A stretch of 64,000 bases of DNA from Cirrosporium novae-zelandiae (taxonomy: Eukaryota), in NCBI GenBank assembly GCA_026023565.1, contig JAPETS010000039.1:62001-126000 (forward strand), given 5' to 3'. Within the stretch, counting starts at the first letter, position 1. Each line of letters starts with the position of its first letter. The notes under the pieces are model-generated. The model ran no database searches. It was not told the DNA's origin and saw only the letters and a list, made by a program, of their open reading frames with translations. This document shows, piece after piece, positions 29,927 through 43,794 of this stretch. The translations under genes and the position numbers were made by a program.

Positions 29927-31674
29927 AAGGAATGTTGAGGTGAGAGAAAAGACTGGGAAGATTGGTTGATGGGGATTATAGTATGGCATCATTGTGGTCT
30001 GGGGGGGGGTCAACCTCAGAGTTAAGGTGAACCAATACTCGACAGTACTTGTTGTGTTCCGATAATCTGGGAGGGCTTAACGGGGTATAATCCTATTTGT
30101 CAAATGATTAGAAACCACTGCGAGACTGCGAGGACTGCAAGATCCGCTTAACTCTAAGAGACAAAACCCCGCCTTCGAAAAATGCCTTGAAATTTCATCA
30201 CCTTGCACCTTGACGCCTGAATCGCCTAGTTCTGAACTACCCAGACACCCTTCCCTTGTTCTTTCTTTTCTACTTCCCCCCCCCCAAACCCATGACATGA
30301 CAGCCAGCATCTGTGCTTTAGTACAACCAACTCATCAACTGAGCCCCAAAAGGTCTAATAAAAAAAAGGCCCAGGAAATGAAGTAAAGCAAAGCCCACCT
30401 CCAGCCTACATACCTACACAGTAACAAGAGATGATCAAGACAGACGTCAACGGTTCTACACCAACCCTCTATTGAAAATAATCCCCCCCCCCCCGGTTCC
30501 TCACTATCTAAATGGCCTAAATGGATTACTCAAGGTCAAAACAACTTCCCTCCCCCCCCCCTCCCTAAAGTTTTCTAGAGCTTCCCAGGTCTTGGTTCCG
30601 CGACGCAATCGAAATTTAGACAGGCATCCACTGCACTCTATATCTTACCACGATCAATCTTTTCATCACTCTTCTGCATTTCTGCAGTCTGCACCTTTTA
30701 GTTCATTTTGCTTCTTTGCACTTCCGCCCGTAAAAATCTGATGATTTGGCATCCCTTTTTCTGGCCTTCTACAGATACATCTTATATTGCCCTCAACCAA
30801 TTGGCCCTCTGAAGCTACGCCAGGAAGACCTGCCAGACTTCCCAGACTGCTTTTCACACTGCTGCCCTCTTTCCCCTCTGGACAGGCCCTTGCAGCACGG
30901 CACATTAGCAGCAGCCATTGCTTTGCCTTTTCATCATAGCCTTCTCACAACTTGATCCACTGCTGCTCCCAACTGATCCCAACCGATCCCAACTAGTCGT
31001 TGCATCCATAGGAACTGGCTTGAACCTCCTATAGGCTGCCCGGTCCTTTGGTCATGATCGACCAACCGTCCCGTTGACAACCCCAGCTAACCCGAATGGA
31101 CATTCCGCAGGCAAAAACAACTAGGCCTACCAACAAACGGTCGTCCCATTACCTCCAAGGCCGAAGTGGATTTTGGCTCTACAAAAAGCCTGGCCACGAA
31201 TCTCTGTCCACCCATACTTACGCCTCCTTCCTTTCATCCAAGCTTCTGTTGTTGTGTGAGGATTATATTTCCCGTCGATTGAGATTGGATTATTATTATA
31301 CCTAGTCTACTTTGGAGGCAACCTTTTGTTTTTTTATTTCTCTTGGGGGTGCCATTTAGCATTTCGCTAATCTCTCCCCCAGGTCCAGTGTGGTATCCTG
31401 GATCGGCGGCCTTTTTTTGACTTCCCGCATTTTAGTCACCAACTCAAAAGAAAAAGAATCCACTATTTGCCCTAACGCCCCGGAATAACGCTCTCTGAAC
31501 TCTCTGAACCCTCTTTCATCATACTGACTTCTGTCCTACTTTACAACCCTCATATCTGAATCCATAAATATAACCTTCCTTATACTTGACTGTCACACCA
31601 CCCTACCGCCACACTAAACCAGTCCTTAAACCTTCTGACCCTTTTAAACCTTCCTTTCCCTCACCGTCGCTACC

Positions 31675-33783
31675 ATGGTCCTGAGAGCTCTGCATGAGAA
31701 AACCTCCTGGCTTGATGCATGTCCGAGGAGACCATTTGGAAACACCTTTCCGTGTCCTGTTAGTCGATTGAACCCATCTCAATATAACCCAATTGTGAAG
31801 TATCTTGCTGACCATTGCCTTGCAAATAGCCTTGGTCCGATGAGCTTGGAGCTCAGTCGAACCCGAACCCTGACCGAGAGCGATCTGCCACCATCCTAGA
31901 GGAGGCTCCCAATCCTCCACAGAGATCGAGGGAACATTTTGCCATCATCTATTTAGGTGATGACGGAATACTGTGTAAAAAGGCTAGCCCCTCGTTCCAA
32001 CAGCACCTCGACCAAATATTTCCGCAGGACATCTGTGACTTCGTGGAACAATTAGTACATTCGCCGCATCCCATGACTCTAACCAGTTTCAAAGGTTGTG
32101 CCCCCCGCTTTTGAATATGTATTACCTCGTACTAATAGCTTCTAGATGGTAAAAGAAAAAGAAGCTTGGCCAGCCTGGTAGAAAACCAAGCCTCGACGGC
32201 CCCACAACTGGACGCGAATGGGGGCGAAGGGCACGATTTAAGTGATTGTCCATCACCAACTAAGAAGCGGAGGCATGGTCGATGTCAGAAACCCAGGAGA
32301 ACTACCGAAGAGGGTGATGGGTCTTCGGGGTCTGAATGCGAGGAAGAAGGTGTGAATGACGATGGAGCCGAATATGATGGAGACGCCACATACTATTCAT
32401 TTTCGATCAAGGATGATGAAAAACGTTACGATTATCTCTATAAGAAACTCGAAAGCTTCGGCCAGGTCAAAGTAAAGCCCCTGGCCAAAGCCTGGATCAA
32501 AAAGGTCCATCCAAAGAAGCAAGGCAGCCATCCATACAATGGGGGCAAAGAAAAGATCCCCAAAAGAACCCAACCGGAGTGGTGGCCAGAACGCATGCTT
32601 CACAAGGAGCCAGATCATTCAAAGAAGCCTGGTATGTTACGATTTTAATATGAAAAAAGGAGATTTGCTCACCATCAATAGACAGAATGCGATTAATTCT
32701 ACACATTCTTCAAGGACTTCGAGGTACAGAGTGGCATCGTGATGTTGAAAGTTTGAGACAAGGCTCGGAAGAAACTCGGTCAAAGCTTGGCAAGGATACA
32801 TGGGAACGACTGGAAGAACTTTATGAAGTTTTACGACAAGAAGAACGATGGAGAAATGGGGAAATAGGTAAGTTGTTCTGACTCCAAGGCAGTACTGGAA
32901 CAGCATTAACACTGTCACAGATGGAGACACCATCGTGTATGTCTCTGTTCACAAAAAGTCTTCTTCTCGGAGGACAAAAAAGGCACCCAAAACTGCCAAG
33001 AAGGGGTCTGCGAAGAAAACGTCGGCAAAGCAACCGAAAGCGTCGTATAATGCATCTCTGAAAGAGGAAGACGCCTTGAATGTAATTGAAAAGGTAACCG
33101 ATCAGGAACGTATCAAAACCGAGTCTTCCGAATCACCTGGAGAAACCGGTATGGCATTACTTTCGCCGATTGAAGGTCTTCATCTGCGTGAGGATGCGTT
33201 GTTCCGGGGCCAGGTTGCACAAGCTCAGCAACCGGACATGTTCAACCAGCAGGAGGATGCAGACCGGCATCAAATCTTTACAGGAGCCGAAGATCCCCAT
33301 ATTCAATGTTCGACAGATACACTACCACCACTCCAAGCACAATATGCGCAGTATGAGGTGATCAACAATCCCCAGGAATACCATCAATCTATTCCAACAA
33401 TGACCCCGACATACTCTATTCATTCGAATGAAAGGGACCTTCCGATGGAGTACAGCAGAGAATTTCAACCATCTCCACACACATACCCACCATGGCAAAT
33501 GCAATCACCGAACGGCTCGATAGGAAGTCAGCATGACTTGATTTCACCTCATACCATTCGACCACCCCAGGATATGGCTCATATGCAACACTATTATCGA
33601 ATGGCGCACGCACAAGGTGAAGATTTTCCATCAGTACACGCATTGGTGAGTGGATTGCCAATGGATGACCCGCTTGTCCATCAATCTCACTTTGCACCAA
33701 ACACGGCTGGGTCCTTTCGAACGGGATCAATCGGTCATCCTCACCAACTACCCGAGCCATCTTGTCAATGGCCACCTGTATGA
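31675..33783 (+). CDS. DUF2841 (YDR124W-like) protein, 5 exons
   Basis: Phase-0 intron 31759-31829 leads to HFAIIYLGDDG. Core signature KPLAKAWIKKVHPKKQGSHPYNGG..TQPEWWP..HKEPDH, then a Q/H/P-rich tail. Confidence 0.78.
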
Positions 33784-34594
33784 TGGAGAATATGAAGGTA
33801 CTGAGCTTTGCAGATGAGTATGAGTTTCATCATAACTCTAGCATGCTATCCACTGACGAGTGTTCAGTGACCAAAAGTACGAATATTATTAGTGTTTAAC
33901 AATGTTAGCCTTATTTTAGGTTTGGGGTCTTGTGCTTCTTATTGCTGTTGGAAGTGGGGAATACTGCACCTACGCTCATGGAATGACTGGTCGGTTGTTT
34001 CTTGTTACTTGTTTGCGTATCCTTCATAACTTCGAGTTGGGTCTCCAAAAAAAGGTGCGGCATGTTAATCCTGGCATTAGGATATGGCCTTTTGTTTTAT
34101 GATCAGAGTAATACTGGAGGCAACTTGTGTCCTTGGGTTATGACGATAATGACTAGTCTAAAGAGTAATGACAAATAAAAGTTGATATTCTATAGAGAAT
34201 GAAGATTGCATGGAAGTAGTTCATGAGTAAAAAGGAAATTAAGCAGAAGAGATTCTTAATTGTTGTTTCGTCATCGTCCATGTAAAAGGAGTTATAGACA
34301 ATGAACGTCAAATATAACTCGGAGTGGGAGATTTTCGCCTTTGAGTTTTAAGTTGGCTGAGACGCTAGGGCTAAATAGTCTTAGCTTTCTAAAGCTTGGC
34401 GTCGGCATTCCATCAATCACACCGGCCTTGCATCTGAGGCTCTTCATCCATCATCCATCATGAACAAAGACCTATGACAGCTTGCAGCCTGTTTGGATTG
34501 CAACAACAAATATCCTTCCCAACCCACTTTATTGTTTCGTTATTTAATTCATGATCTTTAGTCTTGACTATTACCTCTCACTTCCCTCGGCGCA

Positions 34595-37500
34595 ATGTCT
34601 GCGCCTCCGAGAGGATCACGAAGAGGGAGAGGAAGAGGTGGGAGCTCAACCACAACTCGAATCACCAACGGAACAACCACCCATAAAGACGTCGATAGCT
34701 CAAAGACATCTGCTATAAGGGGTCGCGGACGAGCTCGAAATGTTTCTACACAACCCAGAGATCAGAATGCTACACGTCAGCATCCTGTTACGACGGATCC
34801 CAGGATTGCGAACAAAGCCAGAGCAACCAGACCAGCCAACTGGCGCGATCCCACCGCCGATGGGAACATGGATTATGACAAGAGGATGAATGACTTTTAC
34901 CAAACGGTAAGCTTTATATACTCTCTGCGCTGACTCCCATGTAGTGACTTCTTACGTTTTTCGTACCATACAGCTTAAAAAGAATCGCGAGAGGGCGCGC
35001 GCGGAAGCGATTAGGAAAGGGTTGATGGCGGATCCTAACAAACCCACATCATTAGAAAAGGCTATTACCATTGTCGGCACTTGTCAGGATATGTGTCCAG
35101 AGTTTGATCGAGTTCAACGGATTGTTCAAAACATGGTCGATAGATGCGAAAAGGTTCGATACCTATACCATTAAAGACTGCGGTCAAGGAACTGCAACTG
35201 ATAGAGATTGCTGTTAGCAACCCTCCAAGAATGGAAAAGATGTTCCTTGTGAAGATTATATGGTCAAGCCATTTCGAAGGTCTGCAGCTGGCAACGACGA
35301 ACAAATCCCTTCGGATCTCCGACCACCCCTTGTACTCCAGAAAACCCTTAATTACCTGCTCGATGAACTTGTTGGCGGCTCGCAGCCTTTAGGAGCCGTT
35401 CACAAATTCGTCTGGGATAGGACACGAGCCATCCGAAACGATTTCTCCATCCAGCAGGTCACCAAAACAGAAGACCAAAAGATAGCCATCGACTGTTTCG
35501 AGAGGATTGCACGATTTCACATACTCGCTCTCCATCAGCTATCGAAGACTACCCCTGAAACGTCGGAATTTAACCACTTTCAAGAACGAGAGCAGCTTAA
35601 CAGCACCCTCCTTTCTTTGATGTATTACTACGAAGACACCCGAGACAAATTCAAGTCACCCAATGAACCGGAGTTTAGAGCATACTGTATAATATTTGAG
35701 ATTCAAGATCCCAAACCCGATCTAGAGGATAGGGTGTCAAGCTGGCCATCGTGGGTAATACACAACCGCAGAGTTCAGACGGCCTTGAAGCTCTATGCTA
35801 CTGCAGGAAATATCAATGATTCACAAGGGCCCCTTCAACCACGCACACCACATCTTATTTCCCAATCATGCTATGGCAGATTTTGGAAAATTATTCATTC
35901 AAATGCTGTTGGATATTTGATGGCTTGTGTCTCGGAGATTTATTTTAACTTTGTTCGAAAAACGGCCTTGGAAAATATCTTAAAGGCCTATCGAAAACCA
36001 AGAGGGAACCAGGTCGAACCATGGTCTCTAGCGGATCTTCGTGCGGCTCTTGCTTTTGACAAAGTGGAGGAAGTACAATCATTCTGTGAAGACCACGGGT
36101 TTACCATTGTCGAGGTTAATGACAAGCCCTACTTAGAATTAGGATCGGTCAGAGGACATCTATCTGGTAGTGTTCATCCTCGACATTTTTGTTCGACAAC
36201 TTCTTACGATCCTCTTAGATTCGGCCGTACAAAGAAAACAAATCTTCAACAAGAAACTGGTTGAATCGAAACGATGTAATCGAACGCTGGCCGCCGTCAT
36301 TAATGGCATCTCTGCATCGGAAGCCCAGAAACAGAACCTACTCGAAACCTCGGAAACAGAATCTGAATCTGCCAACTCGAAAGAGAAATCCCTCTTTATC
36401 ACCGGACATTCTGATGATGAAGATGCTGGCGACCAGTCCGAAACCAGCATAAACGGAGGTTTAACCCAAGCAGCTACTGACCCAAAACCGTTTACAAATA
36501 ATATGTTCGGTGCACCATCCACTTCGACAAATCCTTTTGCCACCGCAAATGCGACAGAAACAACATCGGGGTTTTTTGCCCCAAAGCTAGCTTCAGGGTC
36601 GAGTGGCTTCGGTGCTCCTTCTAACGCCTTTGGTACAGCTCCCAAATCTAACTCTTCTCCCTTTACAGCAGCCAATATGTCCACCTCACAATCGGGAACA
36701 CAGCAAAATAAACCAGGTCTTTTTGGCGCTCCGTCACCATTTGGGTCTGGGTCGAATATTACCCAACCAGGTCTCTTTGGCCAGCCCTCTAGCACTGCGT
36801 CCAACGTTCAAACATCCACAGACAACTCAAACCCCACATTTGGTGCTCCACTTACGTCTACATTCATTCCGACCTTTGGAGGCCCTTTCAATATCCCGGC
36901 TACTGGTGCATCTTCGCCATCTATATTTGGTGCTCCAAAAACCAGTGTACCTTCATCTCAACCACCTTCATTTAGTTTCGGACAGCCTAAAGCATCCACA
37001 CCCTCCGTATTCGGTCAAGAGCAGCCACCTTTACCTAAAAACCCCGACTTCAAGTTCGGATCAACAAGTTCCACCCGCGCCTTCTTTGAACCTACGGCTG
37101 AACACTCTATACTGAATACATCCGAGAAACAGCCTACTATATCCAACTTTTTCGCACCCAACCCTCAATCTGCTAACCAACAATCTTCAAGTCCGGAAAC
37201 TTCACCTAGTCTTTTCACGCCCCCACCAATTCAGCAATCCCAAGCTTCCTTGGAACTATTTTCATCTAAACCCCCTGTCGACCAACCACAATTATCTCCT
37301 GCTAGTCTAGCCGAGTCGTACATAGAGAGTATCTCATCTCCGTCTCAAGAGGCATCTAGCTCACAAGAACCTCTTCCTTCACTCACAAAGGCGGCACCAC
37401 CACCTCAACCTCAGATGCAAGCAAGCCCACCTACCTCATCTCAAGTACAAAAGCCACAATCGTCGTCATCTACCCTACAATCAAAGCAAGCCCTACCACC

Positions 37501-39269
37501 TACTATCAAGAATGTAAATTTCAACTCGCGGCCACGTATCAGTAGTCCACTTGCTCAACCTCCTATCACACCTTCATTAGATGTGTCCCAAGGCAGACCA
37601 AGTGGACCACAGCAAACCAGATCTGAGCCTAGGCCACAGTTGACCCGCCCTCAGGCTCCGCCAGTTCAGGTTAATCCTAAGCCAAGGATCATTCAAGAGC
37701 TCGCGCAGGTGACAATGCTAGAGCCGAAGGAAGGCGTTCTAGATCAGTTCATCGTGCATAATGTTAATATGATCGTAAAGGCTGCTGTTCGTCAAGCCAA
37801 GGATGAGGAGTCGTGGAGACAAGCTGGTGGGTCGGACTTTTGTTATTTATTACTATTTTCGCTAATGTTCCTTAGCCAAGGCGCGACGAATAATCTTGTC
37901 AAAGAAATACCTTCATCGGTGGAAAAATATTGCTTGGGCCCTAAATCTTCATAGACAAGGTCGCGAGCGGAGGAAAAATCTGGCGCGATCGATGTTGTCT
38001 TTATCTCAATCTCACTTCCGACGAAGCTCAGAATTCGATCCTCATCCTTCCACATCAGGATCTCAGGAACCATCAATGTCAACCGTATCGCAACCCAAGC
38101 AAGCTCCACCTCGGCAATCTACTACCAGAGTAACAAAGAAACGAAGCCTCATTCAAGGGCCTCTTGAACAGAGATCTACGAAAAAGGTAGCGAAACATCA
38201 ACGCTCCCAAACAGTCAATGGAGCAAAGATGTCAAAATCAACACTCTTTCCCCCATCTTTAACTCGCTCAAACAACCCGCGATCGCCTTTAAGCTCCTCT
38301 TTGTGTGCTTCTCTTTGCGGGAGCGGTTCTTTCGCAGGAATCATGAGAAATTCATCGAATAAGTCGCTTCCTTCTGGAAGAATGGACAACACAAAGACAA
38401 ATTACTTCCGGCTAAAGGCACTTGGAATCGACGAGGTGGCCCTCTACTCGCCGAAGAAACGGCAACGAGACCAGGATGAAAGTGTGAATGTCAAGAAGAT
38501 CCAGCGATTATCGCCCAAGAGCAAAGGCTCTACCATTCCTCGATCCGTTCCAAGATCAACTTCTGTCGGGCGACTTACAAATGGCATACATAATATACAA
38601 CACCGTAAACAATCATCACCACCACCTACTTCCTCAGCCAAACACTCTACCAAAACATCAACAGATCCACCAGATGAAGATGAAGCCCTCCTCGCACAAG
38701 TTCGCGAGATGCGTGAACAGATGGTCGCGGACATAGCCTGGTTTCAAGAAGAACGCGAAAAGACTGAGAGCGAGATGAACAGTCGACGGAGTAGCTATTC
38801 CGGTTCTTGGGCACCTAGCACGAGCATGAATCGTACAGAGAGGAGAATCGCAGAACACGGAGCTGGTGGGTTGGAGAAGAGCGGTATCATCTGGCCTGAT
38901 GATGATTGTCCGCTGAGTAATGGGAAGGGTAAAGGGGAGGCGGCCGTATATACAAATGGAGGCTGGGCTCATACAAATGGAGTTGAAACATCGGAGTTTG
39001 AAGATGATGAAGATGAGGTCGACGATAATTGGAGGGGGGGTTATGGCGATTACCCTTATAACAATTACGACGACGACGATGACAGTAGGGAAGATGAGAG
39101 AGATATTTACGATGACGATGACGATGACGATGATGAGGAGGTTGTTAATCTTGAGAGCCCCCCACCACAGCAGCAGTCACGACCTTCGGTTTCGGAGGAA
39201 TCTCCCCAGGTCAAGCAGATGGATTATAGGCAGATGGGAAATAGTGTTGAGGATGCTATCGAGCTTTAA
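34595..39269 (+). CDS. SAC3: SAC3/GANP nuclear mRNA export factor (TREX-2 scaffold)
   Basis: IVGTCQDMCPEFDR, MVKPFRRSAAG, DLRPPLVL, FVWDRTRAIRNDFSIQ, FERIARFHI, QEREQL and NEPEFRAY, followed by an FG-repeat region and RMDNTKTNYFRLKALGI. Four introns. Confidence 0.9.
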
Positions 39270-40412
39270 GGCAAAACCATGGTGGGAGGGGGGGCTTTTT
39301 TTGTTGTTGTTTTTGCTACCATACAGTATCTGTATCCGAATGGGATAGACAGACAGAGATTAACTGTCCTGAATCCATCCATACATACATACATATGAAG
39401 GAAAAGGTTCAATATTTTATTTTTTCACTTTTTTACTTCAACCCCTCTCCCCCGGAATTATTCAGACAAAAGGGAAGGAGACAGAGACAGGGGATAAGCC
39501 TTTTGATTGATATTTATATTTATACCATTAGGAAATTATTTTCTTCTTTTTCTTCTTCTTCTGAACTTTGTCGTCATCATCATCAAGAACTTTTCAAAAC
39601 TTTCAAACAAAAATAAAAAGAAAAGAAAGAAAGGAAAAGTTCCAAAGAGAGAAAAAAAGGGAAGGGACATGGGGGGATATGGAGTTTAAAGGGGGTTAAA
39701 AGGGGCGGACAGCTAAAAAAACAAAAACTAAAAACTAAAAATAAAAGGCACAAAATAAAACAAATAATGGATTGGATTGGGGAATAGGTTTCTAGGTTTC
39801 TAGTTTTGGTTTTGGTTTTGCATGCATTAGGGATTAGGGCTCGGGATGTCCTTTTTTTTCTCTTTTTTCTCTTTTTTCTCTTTTCTTTTTTTGAGAGGAT
39901 AAAAGATCAACATTACCATTAAATATTATGGTTTATTAATGATACCCAACTTTTTTTATGTTTTTTTTGTTTGTGTTAAAAGTTAAAAGGAGAAAGGGAG
40001 AGGATGAAGTAACAATAAAGTAATTAACATGATGTAAGATAAGATAAGGCAATGTAAGGTAATGTAAAGTAATATAAGGCAAAGGTCTTATTTATTAGAT
40101 ACGTAGGTATAGGGTAGATAGGTAGAGTAAGTAAGGTTAGGTTTACTTGACCCTTTTGAACGAAAACGAAAAAGGAAAATAAGGCGCTCGGGAGGGGGGA
40201 TGAATGAAACACACACACACATATGCATATATACATGTAGTAGTTTTTTTATATATATAATATTTCTTTTTTTAGATTTGATGTTGCATATTGATGATTT
40301 GTGTATATATATATATATAGTATTGATAATCTTTCAGCCGGGCTCTTAGTAAAGAGTGACTGGTATAGTAAAGCTGTGGCTTTTGAAGGTTTGAAAGGAC
40401 GGGTTGGGTATT

Positions 40413-40480
40413 TGTATGTATGTATGTATGTATGTATGTATGTATGTATGTATGTATGTATGTATGTATGTATGTATGTA
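40413..40480. repeat. (TGTA)17 tetranucleotide microsatellite
   Basis: Perfect tgta run of 68 nt. Confidence 0.95.
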
Positions 40481-41566
40481 TAAATTCGTGTATAGTAGTG
40501 GACGTTTGGTTTATTGTTGTTGGTTTTGAAAGGAGATAGGGAGATACGTTAGCTAGTGGTTTGATACTATTGTACTTGCAGCTATTAAAACGTCATTTTT
40601 AGGTTTCCTTTGGGGGGGCAGGGTATCTGTGTTCGTGGACGATCCTTAACTTGCACGTCGAACTAGGAAATAGGAACGATATAAGATATAACGTCCTAAA
40701 AAGCCCATTCTTCTAGATATTGTTGTTGAAGGTGGTAAATAGCCTCCTCTTCATTGAACGAACGTTCTAGCCGACGGCTTTTCTTCTCGTAACATAGAGC
40801 CAATTTTGTAGTTATGGTTGAGGAGATGTAGATTTCATATTGAATGATGTTAAGTGTTTGCTAAATATGAGTCGCAACGGTACTTATGATGAGACTTCCG
40901 TTACTTGAAATGGCTGTTATCGGTGTGGATGTTCTTGCTGTTAGGAGGAGGGTAGTACGGTTCCTGTTTGTCGTTATATTATTTTTCAGCTGAATACTCA
41001 CATCACTGTAGCTGTTGGAAGACGCTGTAGATCGTACCGACTCTCCAAACAAACCAATTTATTGATAATCGGCTGCTTTTGGAGATTGACTTGGAGGCTC
41101 CAGATCTGATAGTCCCGTAATAGATAATCTAAAGGCCGAGATACCAAATGCCTTAGACTGTTTTGGCATTTTAGCCAATGGATTTTGCTCCGTTCTTTTC
41201 TGCCATAGCAGCATCCAAAGTAAACAATTCACTTTTGAATAAGATCCGCTTCTTTACCTAGCCAAGTTGAGAACTAGAGCCTTCTGATGCATTTATTTAG
41301 GTCCTGACCTTTCTCCCCAAAGCCTATCTCTTCACAAGCATGTTTCACTACCACCTCTCCCCCCTTCTTCTCTGCCGCGTTTTGTGCTCACTCGAATAAA
41401 GAGACAGTGCTGTGCGGCGATTGATTACTTTCCATATTGCCGCCGGCGAGTGCTTCTGTGCCTCCTTTGGCCTTTGCACTCTCGTTCGGGGCCCTGAACT
41501 TTGGTGAGAGTTGTTTTTTTTCTCGGTTGGCTCTTGAGCCTACCTAAGCCCATTGCCTACACATTC

Positions 41567-41659
41567 TCTTCTTTTTCTTCTTTTTCTTCTTTTTCTTCTT
41601 TTTCTTCTTTTTCTTCTTTTTCTTCTTTTTCTTCTTTTTCTTCTTCTTCTTCTTCTTCT
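41567..41659. repeat. (TCTTCTTTT)n 9-mer repeat grading into (TCT)n
   Basis: About 8 copies of the 9-mer followed by tct triplets. It produces the spurious poly-K, RRK and SSF ORFs. Confidence 0.9.
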
Positions 41660-43600
41660 CTTTCTTGGTTTCAAGGCAAGCCTTAATGGTGACCTGGATA
41701 GTCCCCAGCCTGAGCCCCGCCGTAGGGTTATCAAGGCCATCTTCCTTTACGGACTGACTGAGGTCGACTTGGGCCCTCAATATAACAAGAAACAAAGTTC
41801 TATCAATAGATTCAATGCTCTACACCTCTCGCGGTTGCAACTTGTGTTAGGATTATTCCATTAACAGCAGTTTGCCCATTGTAGTCGAAAGCCACAAAGA
41901 ATCCTTATCAAGTCGTACTACCGTCAAATTTCCACGATCCGACATGACTAAGTTATCCCAGTCATGTCTTCAACTTTAGCCATTTCGATGACTTGAGCGA
42001 TGGCTCGAATCATACCATCGTGGACCTTTGGAACCTATATGGTTCTATGCAGCCCTTCATAAATCCAAATTTCCCAAATCCTAATGAAGAGGAGGTCCAT
42101 CATACCACAAATAATAAGTTTCAAGGGGATGGCTTAGATTATCACACTGCTCGCCACTATCATTCATTGCTGGGTCGAATGGAGATGACGTTATATTGCT
42201 GAGAGGCAATTTTAGGTGCACTTCTGCCAGACGCTTGCGGGCTGCTCCAACTTTAATGACTAGCTTTAGTTGCCCTCCACCTCCATTGACAGCATGAGTG
42301 GCATGCGGTTCCAAGCGCATACAGATTTCTCATACTCAGGAAGCCAACACACAATACATCTCTAATATTTGAGGAAGGTTAACGCCAAACCCCGCAGCCA
42401 CAGTAATACCGTGAAAGCTAAAAACACATTCAGAAGCACTACTGGAAGCGTCATCGATGATTCTTGTGCTTTTCTAGTGCTTTCGACACTAAACGCTGAT
42501 ATTTCACTAATACTAGCACAACTTCATGACATGCGGGTAGATATGTCTCGTTTGAGAAGGATTCCTTTCACATTCAATACTGTAGTTGGACCAGCAGCCA
42601 TCATCATCATCTCTGATAATCTTGGACCTTCAAGTTCTATCACAATGACAGATGTAAGTCAAGCCCTATACCCCTTATTGATTTCGGTTTTCAACCAAAG
42701 GTTGGGAACAAAAGGTAATATTGGGATAGAAAGCTAACATACTTTGGAGCCTCCGAAACAGGTCTAGTCAACAATCGAGGCCGAGCTTCGGATTCTATCA
42801 TCGCCATCAACGTAACCGCAGAATCTTACTTAGTCCCAACACCACAGAGGTCATATGAGATTCCTTCGCCAGAGGCAACTAATAACATGAATGTTTTGGT
42901 CAGAATGACTAGAGTCCGGAGCCTCATTGCCAGTTCTACAAAGAGAATTCCAGTATTGTTATTGTTGCAGTTGGAGATATAGGAAAGGCGGAACAAGAGG
43001 CAGTCATTGCCCAAGGTTGTGGTAAGGCCGTTATCAATACGTGCGACACTTGGGGATAAGGTAGGGGTCTCCTCAAAGTCTCCTTGAAGGTCAAGCTGAG
43101 AAGCTGGTTGTTCACCAAATGCTTATTGGACAAGAGTTTGATTGCGTTGCTAGCTTAGATTAACGGAGGTAAAGACTAGGCGTAGGCGCATGCGACGGAG
43201 TGGGCGACTTGGAGAGGGGTCGTCATGTATTTGTTGTTGCTAACGTTGAGGGCTGATCTGTTGATGCAGGCGCATTTTGCAAGGGATTTGAATGCAGGTG
43301 GTATATTTAACCAGCAATGGATAGTTCGACAATGGCAATCCGGTTCATCGCAGCCGCCTTTAGGCGTGTATTCGGTCGTAAGTTGTGTAGTCGCGTTCAA
43401 AATGAAGTTTAGGTTAGTATCAATAACTAGATTACTGACATGTCCTAGGTTTCATGTCATAATTCCTGTAGCTCTCGCAGTTATTAGAATTCTCAAATCA
43501 TTTGATCACCAAGGCTATTCAGATTAAGATAACTGTGGGAGAATCCCTCATACTTAGGGATTTACTTCCGCTTCCACCTTACATAAATTACCAATATAAG

Positions 43601-43794
43601 GTGAGTTTTAGCCTGCAAGCCTTCAGCGACACGTTGTCCGCTCATCAATATAACAAGAAATTCGTGTAAGCTGGGCATACAAGTCCAATACAACAAGTAA
43701 AGAGGACAACTCTGGACATTTCCATATATCTGTTGGAGACCTTAGCAACGAAGTCAATGATGAGGTATTGTTGCAAGTATTTTTCGCTTCTTAG
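43601..43794 (+). pseudogene. PUB1: Isolated fragment of a PUB1/TIA-1-like RRM gene with its preceding intron
   Basis: 43657-43794 translates EIRVSWAYKSNTTSKEDNSGHFHISVGDLSNEVNDEVLLQVFFAS*, close to the fungal Pub1 RRM1 end and RRM2 start as I recall it (EIRVNWAYQSN..KEDTS.HFHIFVGDLSNEVNDEVLLQAF). It is preceded by gtgagt at 43601 and a degenerate acceptor (caa). Confidence 0.75.

Noticed and set aside
36160..36804. 214-aa antisense ORF and similar shadow ORFs (2435-2758, 4783-5277, 48772-49227, 61944-62354)
   Set aside because: Antisense shadows of real genes.
41501..41864. Poly-Lys, RRK, SSF and LFL ORFs in four frames
   Set aside because: Artefacts of the (TCTTCTTTT)n repeat.
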